The notes beneath the pieces were generated by a model. It searched no databases, was not told the DNA's origin, and saw only the letters and a program-made list of their open reading frames with translations. This document shows, in pieces, positions 33,166 to 43,500 of a stretch of 64,000 nucleotides of DNA (the first letter of the stretch is position 1; each line of letters opens with the position of its first letter). Made by a program: the position numbers and the translations under genes. The stretch is taken from assembly GCA_965113315.1 (NCBI GenBank), contig OZ220365.1; one strand, given 5' to 3'. This DNA is from Podarcis vaucheri (Eukaryota).

Positions 33166-34378
33166 GGCGGGCCACGCGGGGCCGCCACGGCCAGGAGGCG
33201 GAGAACGGAGCCGGGTTCGGCTTGAGGGCCGCAGGTGGGGTGCGCGGAGGCTGAACAAGCCCGGGCAACAGCTCAGCTGCCTCAGCCGCTAAAACTCCCG
33301 CCTTCACGCCTAAAGGAATACAACTCCCAGCATGCCTTTAAATACCTCCGCGCCTCGAACGCAGTTGGTTATACCGCAATGCATATTGGGAAATGTAGTC
33401 TTCGGGGGGGGGAGAGAAGGCCACGGGATAGCTAGACCGAGAACGGATTTCCCTCCGCCCCGTAGTGGAAGGGCATCGATTACGTCATTCTTTCAGGGAC
33501 ACCGTGACGCGGCTCTCCTTCACCAGACTAGCGGGATGATAGATGTAGAAATGTTAGATTGGCAATTCCTTGAGCTGCTCAGTGGACTTTCTGGATTCCA
33601 CCCCCGGTCGTGTGATCACTTTCGGAGAGGGATAAAAGTGACAGGTTTCTCGTTCAGGGACATTGGAAGCTGACAGTAACCCCAATTTAAAATAAAATAA
33701 AAAAGCACGCATGCATTACTTTACAATTCTATCACTACACGTCAGAATCGGGTAATGCCGCTTATTCCTTTCTGCGGACATACACAAAAAGCAAACTCAC
33801 GGGGCTCATTAGACTTCTCTTTTCTTCGTAGGGACGAAAGTAACTCTTTCAGCTAGTTTTCTAGCTGAAAGAGTTACTTTCTAGGGAAAGAGTTACTTTC
33901 GTCCCTACGAAGAAAAGAAAACTCGAAAACTAGCTGAAATCTATTATGTTAGCTGAACGGGGTTGGCAAAGTATTCCCCCCTCCAATAAAAAGTAGAGGC
34001 AGAGAGGGGTGTTATTTCTAGTTCAAGTCTTACTTTATGAGAAAGATGCGTGGGCTAAAAGTAAAAAAAAAAAAAAGATTACAAAAGCGATCCTGAAGTA
34101 ACCCGAAAGTTCCATGTCAAACAACGAAGCCTCTCTAAACTTTCCTATCTCTACATGACGACCGTAGAGCTACTATCGCATTCACGGCCGGCGTTTAAGA
34201 AGCGTGTGCGAAAAAAGGTCGCCGGGGTCGCCTGCGCCTGCGCACTGCGCCACTTTGGCCGTCGCACCCGGCGCAGCGTTGCTCCCCTTACTCTCCCCGA
34301 GCCCGGTTGCCCGGGGCAACAGCGGCTTTCCTCTCCCCCCCCCGCTCCCCCCTGCCCCCACCCCAGCCCCGCAGCGCC
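33166..34378. promoter_or_regulatory. Bidirectional promoter region POLH/XPO5 with two ZNF143-type motifs, NRF1-like site and RFX X-box
   Basis: The divergent ATGs are 1.2 kb apart. AATACAACTCCCAGCATGC lies at about 33317-33335 and GCATATTGGGAAATGTAGTC at 33381-33400. GCGCCTGCGCA is near 34234 and GTTGCCCGGGGCAAC is at 34306-34320. Confidence 0.7.
33818..33939. repeat. Nested perfect inverted repeats (33 bp, 21 bp and 15 bp arms)
   Basis: The arm pairs are 33818-33850/33886-33918, 33836-33856/33861-33881 and 33847-33861/33925-33939. Confidence 0.95.
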
Positions 34379-37300
34379 ATGTCGTGGGACCCGGTGAGCA
34401 CCCTCTGCGAGCAGCTCGTGAAGGCGGTGACGGTGATGATGGACCCGGCCTCCACGCAGCGGTACCGCCTGGAGGCCCTCAAGGTACCGTCGCGCCTCCG
34501 CCTCCCGAAGAGCCCCCTGAGGCCGGGCGCGGGGTTGCTTTTGGGGTGGGGGGCTGCCTGAGGGGAGCCGGGATGGGTGGCAGGCAGGCAGACACATGGC
34601 CGGCGCCAGCCTGCGCCCCTCGCACCGCCGCTCCTCCGGATGCAGGTCGTGCCTCGTTGGCTTTCCGTATGCAAAGCAGAGACTGCGGCGGTTTCTGCCC
34701 CCCGAGGCCTCTCCGCTTTCGAAAGGGGTTGCCCCGCCGTGGGGAGCCTCGGCCTCTCTTCTCCGAAGTGTGGTGTAGCTCCACGGCCATGCTGCCCCCT
34801 CACCCGCCCTGGGGCCCACGTGGCCGGGTTCTCCATTGCAGGGGGCTGAGCATCCTGCATGGCCGGCTTCCTACAGCGGTGAGCGGGAGCAAAAAAAAAC
34901 CCCTTGCCTCCTCCGCGGACTCTCCGCGCTGGCCTGGGAGTGTGGCAATGTGTGAGTGTGCCCGCTGGGTGCGATCTCGACAGTGCAAGGCAGATTTTGT
35001 TGTTTAGTCGTGTCCGACTCTTCGTGACCCCATGGACCAGAGCACGCCAGGCACTCTTGTCTTCCATTGCCTCCTGCAGCTTGGTCAAACTCATGTTCGT
35101 AGCTTTAAGAACACTGTCCAACCATCTCATCCTCTGTCGTCCCCTTCTCCTTGTGCCATCAATCTTTCCCAACACCAGGGTCTTTTCCAGAGAGTCTTCT
35201 CTTCTCATGAGGTGGCCAAAGTATTGGAGCCTCAGTTTCACGATCTGTCCTTCCAGTGAGCACTCAGGGCTGATTTCCTTAAGAATGGATAGGTTTGATC
35301 TTCTTGCAGTCCATGGGACTCTCAAGAGTCTCCTCCAGACCATAATTCAAAAGCATCAATTCTTCGGAGATCAGCCTTCTTTATGGTCCAGCTTTCACTT
35401 CCATACATCACTATTGGGAAAACCATAGCTTTAACTATACGGACCTTTGTTGGCAAGGTGATGTCACTGCTTTTTAAGATGCTGTCTGGGTTTGTCATTG
35501 CTTTTCTCCCAAGAAGCAGGCAGATATAAAAGGGGAAAGAATGCTTTTGGGGGGGGCAGGGATTGTTATATTGGGATTGCCACCTTCCTCCTCCTTTCTC
35601 TCACTCCCTCCCCCACCCAAGAGTCCCAGCTGCGCTGACAATTTAAAAATCAACAGATGCAGGTCATGTAAAGCCACACCAGTTTTTTGTTTTGTTTCTG
35701 TATTGCATTTATATCCCATTGCAGAATGCACAAAAAGTATGCATTTCCTACAAAAGACACAAAACATTTGGTTCCTGAGTATGCCAAATCTATCCAGTAG
35801 TAGAAGTGCTGGGGAAGGCAGCTCCAAGAAGTTCAAGGTGGTGTACATAGTTTACCTCTTCCCCATTTTGTCCTGATGACAACCCTGTGAGGTAAGTTAG
35901 CCTGAGAGGTAGTGACTGGGCCAAGATCACCCAGTTAGCTTCGTGGCAGAGTGGGGACCCACTGGGTCCAACCACTGCACCTTCCTGGTATTTCTACTTG
36001 AATAGGTTCTCTCTGTTTTGCGCACAGAAGAGCCCTCCCAGAATTAAAGGAGATGACACAACCATGGATGAAGTAGAATAACATTGGTTGCATTTCCATT
36101 TTCATTCGAGGTGATACTGGGATAGCCCCAGAGAAGCAGAATTTCTGCAAAGAGTGTTAAACCAGGAGGGGAAAGATGTTGGTGGCATAATGGTTGTGGG
36201 ATGATGAGCTAAGACAGGAGTAGGAAAACAGAATAAAAGAGGCATAAACAGCAGTGAGAGAAACTAGAGAGATAAGAGACTTACCGTATATGAGGGAATA
36301 GCAGAGAGCCTTTAGTGTAATCTCTAGCAACTTGAGGTTGATGCAGAAAGCAACGAATTAATGTATATAGACAATTGAGAAGAAGTGCTCTAACTTGGTG
36401 GAGGAAGAATGGTTTTGGTTACAATCTTTGTGAATTGACACAATAAATGAAATTACCAGAGAGAAGACAGGCAAAATAAAGCTGAAGTGGGCGTGATACA
36501 ATTGATGTGTGCACAGTTGTCTATGTAGCACAGAACTTATCAGTTCTTACATGGAACCCCCCCCCCCACAAGTATGGGGGAAGGAGGAGTCCACTGAGAT
36601 TTGTGTGTGTGAAAAAAGGAGTAGGAAGAACAGCAGTTTTACTGGTTATAAACCCTAAAGGTTGCATTCAAAACCATTATATGCTTCAGATTTTTGACAG
36701 TTGGTGCACATTTCAGTACCATATGCTTTGTTGCCTTAGCAAGCCCTTTATATTCTCAAAACAAGTGTGAGGGGATTTCCTTTCTAGGAACAATTTATTT
36801 GAAAACCAATACTGGCCTTCTCACACATCTTTCTCTGCATTATCTTGGAGGGCGGATATTTTTTGAGCCAGTGTGGTATAATGGGTAGGCTAGAGCTGTG
36901 GAGACCCAGGTTCAAACCTTCAGTTATGCATCTCTGCCTAACCTGCTTCACAGGGTTATGGTAAGGATAAAAGGTTGGGGAAGAGCCATGTGGGATGCCT
37001 GGGTTCATTGGAGGAAAGGCAGGATATAAATGTAATAAATAATTAAATATGAACGTTCTTGTTTGCTTAAAAAAATAATTCTTGCTCTTTTTCAGTTCTG
37101 TGAAGAGTTTAAAGAAAAGAGCCCAGTATGTGTTCCCTGTGGACTGAAGTTGGCCGAGAAAACGCAGACTGCTATTGTCAGACACTTTGGTCTTCAGATT
37201 CTGGAGCATGTGGTGAAGTAAGGAAGTGAATGCAAAGCAAGTGGTGTGGCATTGCAACTTTTGAGAGCTTTTTAGCAGAAAATCAGGCGTGCACCTGTCA

Positions 37301-37510
37301 CCATAATTATCTCTGGTTGTTAATACTTCTACAGTTTATATATAGCAAGGGAAACCCAGTGACAAACTGAATAAGGAATTTATAATCAGTATTTTTTGTC
37401 TTAGTTCAGCAACGAGATCACTCCATTGTATGGAGATCCCACTTTTCTCTTTGCTGAGCTGTCTAGAGATTCCACTTCCTCCTCTCTGTTTCTAGCAAAC
37501 TAACACCACC

Positions 37511-37566
<56 letters not shown>

Positions 37567-40500
37567 AGTATTGACTCCTGCCTAGTTTCTTAGCTGTGCT
37601 AGGTAATGTTCATGACTGATTGTTTCCAGAGGGGACTGTGTTGATGACAGAGACTTTAAAAGAAGCCTTTCTGGATCAGATGAAAAGGCCACCTAGTCCA
37701 GAGTTCTGTTTCCAACATTGGCCAGCCAGATGATTGTTGAGAAGTCCACAAGCAGAGCTTGTAGCCCTTTCCCACTGTTGCCACCCAGCAACTGGTTTCC
37801 AGTACAGTTGTACCTTGGATCCTCTGAACGCCCTGGAACTCTGACGTTTTGGTTCCTGAACACCGCAAACCCGGAACTGGTTGTTCTGGTTTGTGAACGT
37901 TCTTTTGGAATCCGAAAGTCTGACGGGGCTTCCATTGCTTCTGATTGGCTGCAGGAGCTTCCTGCAGCCAATCAGAAGCCGCGATTTGGTTTTTAAACGT
38001 TTTGGAAGTCAAACGGACTTCTGGAACGGACTTCCGTTCGACTTTCAAGGTACAACTGTACTGCTTTTTAGCCTGGTGGTCCTATTTAGCTGTTGTGGGT
38101 GCTAGCCGTTGAAAATCCTTTCCTCCATGAATTTGTCTAATTCCCTTGTAGAGCCATCTAAATTGGGGGGCACCACCACATCTTGTTCTATAAGTGCATT
38201 GTCTGTGTGAAGAATTACCTTTTTGTGCCTAGTTTGAATCTGCTTCCAATCATTGGGTAGCCTCCGATTAAGGGAGAAAGAGAAAATACTTTCTCGATCC
38301 ACTTCTGTCCATGTTATGCATAGTTTTACAGACATCTACCATGCTGCTTCTCCCTATCTTTTTTCTCTAAACTTAGAGGCCCACACACTTCAGTTTTCGC
38401 TGTGTGTTTTATTGGGCAGGTTCCAGTGGAGTAGTGTGAGACAATTTGAGAACCAAACTTCTCTCTTGCCCTAGCCATGTTAGCTATGCTCTCAGTGTAT
38501 TGTAAAGATGATGCCTCTGTGTTTTATTTGGGCAGGTTCCGGTGGAACAATATGGGTCGGCTTGAGAAAGTCTTTTTGAAGAACAACGTTATGGAGCTCA
38601 TATCCAATGTGAGTCAAGCTGTTCATGAAGTTAAATTTCTGAGTTATTTCTTTTAGTAATAGAATGTACTTCAAGGAAGCGAGTTTGAGGTTCCGCTCCC
38701 TCTCCTTTCTTCATTTCAGATCACATGCAGTTTCCATTTTTGCTTGTTAATATCAATATTACTCTAGTGCCCCTTCCTCACTTGTAAATATTTTTTTTAT
38801 CTTATACTCCAGAGAGGGTTGCCAAATCATAAATATATAAAAGAAGCTTAGAATAAACAAACTGTGGGCTTCCCTCTCCCCAGCTGACTCTCACACCAAA
38901 GAAATCTTAATCTCAATTCAAACTTTTGATCTATGTAGCTGGTATATTCAGCAGTATGTTGTTGCAGCCTTTTCCCATCACATGCCGGTACTTCAAAGCC
39001 AATTAAGGATCCAATTAAATGGAGAACCTCTGATTCTTAATGGCGGCGTAGGAGGGTTTTTCCCAGGGAAAGTGCTTTAGCACTCTGTGCCTCTCTGCCT
39101 CCCACATTCTGTGCTGGAGCAAGAGCTGGGTACCGAGATGAACTGCGAGTGAAGCCCATTCCCCCCATCTCTGGGGGGAAGTTGCAAGGATGATTTACCT
39201 TCTCTCATCTTTCTTTTTCATTCACCGATAATCCCCCGCTGTCATGGGGGCTGTCTCCATTAAGGCACGTGAGACCACCTCAGTTCCATTCTATCCTTTG
39301 CAGTTGTGTCGCTCTATTTGACCTGTGAGAAAGAGAGAACCCATAAATCAGCTGTGGAAGGGGGTGCTCATGTTTGTGAGACCTTCAAGTGGGGAATGCA
39401 ACTTAAGTTGTCCTCCTGGGACAATTCAGTCATATGGCCCTCAGTTCCACTAAGAAAAAGTTTATCTGACATTATAGAGCAGTGATTCCCTAAATTCCCT
39501 TTCCCCAATGTACCGCTTGACAGTTGCTGAGAGTTTTGACAGACCACTTGATGATTTTTCTGCCTGCTGTGACAATTGTAATGTGTTGTGCTAGATGCGG
39601 CATGATTTTTAATTGCATTTTAATTGCTTCTTTTACTTCTTATATATTGTTTTGTATTGTGTTAGAGTTTGAAATCCATAGCATGCAAATGGTAATGCAG
39701 TAAAATACTACGTAAGGAATAGAAGTACATGAAATACAATAAAAAATCAATATGTGTACTTCATGTGATGGATGTGCCATCTTCGACCACAAGTCCACAG
39801 AAATGTCACAAGCCACAATAATAAAGCTACAGACCACAGTTTGGGAACCTCTGTTTTGGAGGATAATTAATAACAAAACTAAAAGCTTACTGATCTGTCT
39901 CAGTACAGATTGTCCCTTTCTGATAGATCTATTTTTATTGAAGCAACCGTTACCTTGGCTCATGGAGGCTCCCAAGGTATGATAGGCTAGGATGGGGTGC
40001 AAATTTCATGTGAAGTTTGTTTGGTCTGGAATGTGTCTATAGCAAGCTTTTGCTGCGGGGTAGGTATTGGATGTGGGTGGCGCTGTGGGTTAAAGCCTCA
40101 GCGCCTAGAATTTGCCGATCGAAAGGTCGGCGGTTCGAATCCCCGTGGTGGGGTGCGCTCCCGTTGCTTGGTCCCAGCGCCTGCCAACCTAGCAGTTTCG
40201 AAAGCACCCTCGGGTGCAAGTAGATAAATAGGGACCGCTTACTAGCGGGAAGGTAAACGTGTTCCGTGTGCTGCGCTGGCTCGCCAGATGCAGCTTGTCA
40301 CGCTGGCCACGTGACCCGGAAGTGTCTGTGGACAGCGCTGGCTCCCGGCCTCTAGAGTGAGATGAGCGCACAACCCTAGAGTCTGTCAAGACGCCCATAC
40401 GGGCAGGGGCACCTTTACCTTTACCTTTACCTTTAGGTATTGGATTATCTAAAATTTCTGTCTTTTAACACTTTAATTTTTCATTTACAGGGTACTCAGA

Positions 40501-43500
40501 ATATTTTAGAAGAAGAAAGTCACATTAAAGATGTTCTCTCTCGCATTGTAGTAGAGATGATCAAGCGTGAATGGCCCCAGCACTGGCCTGATTTGTTAAA
40601 TGAGCTGGACACTCTCTCCAAACAGGGGGTATGAAATACATCTTACAATCGAATTGCTGCATCTTTTCTGGGCTTAACTTGTAGGATATAATTATATCAA
40701 AGTATACAGACGTAATGCATATGAGCACTCCTCCTGCATTATCCAAATATGTTCTTCAAAGATCACAAGGTTATTCCTGTATTCATTCTGTCTATTTGCA
40801 TTTTTTGTTTTGCTTGGGACTCTAGGAGACTCAGACAGAGTTAGTGATGTTCATACTTTTACGACTGGCAGAAGATGTGGTGACCTTCCAGACTCTGCCA
40901 GCCCAGCGACGCCGTGATATCCAGCAAACTCTCACCCAGAACATGGAGACTATCTTTAGCTTCCTGCTCAACGCCTTGCAGCAGAATGTAAACAAATACA
41001 GACGCATGGTAAGTCTCTTTTCTTTTGGCTTATGATGCAGTCCTAACCCCACTTACTTGGGAGCAAGCCCCATTGAATTCATTAGGACTTCTGAAACAAC
41101 ATGACTAGGATTGCATGGTTAGGATTGGAGATCCTCAGTCTACAATAGCAACCCTGCTGCTGCTTAAATTCTGCAGGGTGGAAGAGGTGATATGTAAACT
41201 CTAATCTTGGCTATTGCAATATACTTGATTTTGTGATCTACCCCTCAAAGTGAAACAAATGAACTTGAAATGTTGTAGTAGTTGGGCTGTTCAACTTGTT
41301 TCATTTAAGAAGAATATAGACGATAATAATGATGGGGTGGGAATTAGTAGTGAGAAGCCATGAACATGTCAGTAGCTCATTCATTCCTTATTCTTCTTTC
41401 CAGAAAATGGATGCAACACAGGAATCAAAAGTAAGTGGAGCCAGAACAAAGAGGCACATTTCCCCCCCTGCTGTTCATTGTGCTGAGCTAGCAGTCTATT
41501 GCTGAACTGTGGTTGTCCCATATAAGTTAGCAGTTACCTTTGATGGAGTAATTGTGAAGAATATGGAGAAACTGCTCATTTTATTTGTGGAGAGAGTAAT
41601 GGCAGAGGTAGAAGGAGAACCCATTCATCCTAAACCGATTTTTCCAAACTAACTTTCACAAGCATGCTGGGAAACTTTCGTAGAGCTGCGTCAACTTTAT
41701 TTCTACTTAGTTCCTCTGTATCTATAGGAGAAATAAGTTTCTCATAGTACTTAATGACTTGCATCAGAACCAAAACTTATTAAAAAAAAACAAAAAGCTG
41801 TTTATTTTCACCTTTCCATAGGATCTGCTGTCAGTGATGCCAAAGTATTATTGTTCTTTTGGGACTGTGTGAAGTAGATTGCAGAATCCAGTATTGACTG
41901 TTTATAACCTCTCAATTACTTTCTGTTCACAGGCACAAGCAAGTTGTCGAGTAGGGATAGCAGCACTCAATACTCTGGCCGGCTACATTGACTGGGTGGC
42001 TATGAGCCACATCACAGCAGATAACTGCAAGCTGCTAGAGATGCTATGTCTGCTCTTGAATGAGCCAGAACTTCAAGTGGGAGCAGCAGAGTGTCTCTTG
42101 ATCGTGGTCAGCAGAAAAGTGAGTTTCTCTTTTCTGTCCCCTTCAAGGTGTTGTTGTTGTTTTGATATGAATATATTTATGGATATAATCCAGGAATGAG
42201 CAGGGTAAGGCCACAAAGTTATATCTTGTCTACTGAGGATTTTGTCCTGTCCTGTTCTGCACTGCAATTACCATATTTTTCGCTCTATAAGACGCACCAG
42301 ACCACAAGACGCACCTAGTTTTTGGAGGAGGAAAACAAGAAAAACAATATTCTGAATCTCAGAAGCCAGAACAGCAAGAGGGATCGCTTCGCAGTGAAAG
42401 CAGCAATCCCTCTTGCTGTTCTGGCTTCTGTGATAGCTGCACAGCCTGCATTCGCTCCATAAGATGCACACACATTTCCCCTTACTTCTTAGGAGGGAAA
42501 AAGTGAGTCTTATAGAGCAAAAAAATGGTAATTACCCCTCTTTGATTTGAGGGACATGTTATTCAGGGAGAATGAATTCTGCAGTATGATAGCTGTCGTC
42601 TGCCCTTTGAGCACTGGATGAGTTACTGTTCCATTTCCTATCACACGTTAACCTGTAGCAGCATTTGTGGTTTCTATTGGTCACATCTGTAAAGAAAGCT
42701 GACATGTAGTATAAGTGGTAACTAATGAACTGGCAGCTGCTAGTTGATGCTGAAGAGCTAATTTCGTATGTTGTGACAAAGATCTCCTTTGTTTTCTGCT
42801 CAGGGGAAACTGGATGATCGCAAGCCCTTGATGGTTTTGTTTGGGGATGTTGCCATGCACTACATCTTCTCTGCCGCCCAGTGAGTAATATCCGCTTCTG
42901 TGAGCGCATGATGACTTCCCAAGGGAAAGAAGCTGCTCTTAGTTTTGGCACAAACTAGATTGTGGAGCTCATAAATCTTAGCCAGTGGCTCAAGAGTTGG
43001 ATGAAGGTACCAGGAGCACACCATAGAATGCCTCCTATTCCAGCCATGATCCACAAGTCCAGATTGATAGAGAGTGCCCCCAAACCCTCAGGTGGATTTT
43101 GGGTGTGCTGAGGAGGCTGCAGTGCAAATGAGAGGAAGGAGAAGTCCCATTTTACACAAGCAGAGCCCATTGCTTAAGCAGGACATCACTTTTGGATATC
43201 GCCCACAGCAGTCACCACTTGAGATGTAGTCACATGTTGCCTTTGATCTCAAGGTGATTTTGTTAGAATGATGTGAGTTGGCATTTTCCACATCAGACTA
43301 GGCCACTGGATGCTAGGTGTTTCTTTCGCCATGCACAGGTACTGAAAATTGATGTGGTAAAATTACTTTGTGACGATTTCCGCCCATTCCTTTTTGGTGT
43401 AGTAATGGCCACACCTTTCCTCCTGAAGCATGTTGTATTGTCAGAAGATCTGGTGCTATAAAACAGTTCAGTTAAGATAGTTCTTTGCTTCTAGTGTTCT

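Noticed and set aside
34151-35007. Several overlapping 100-270 aa ORFs around XPO5 exon 1; similar sets at 4747-5291, 6725-7631 and 32814-33307
   Set aside because: These are stop-poor GC-rich CpG islands with low-complexity translations and no recognisable domains.
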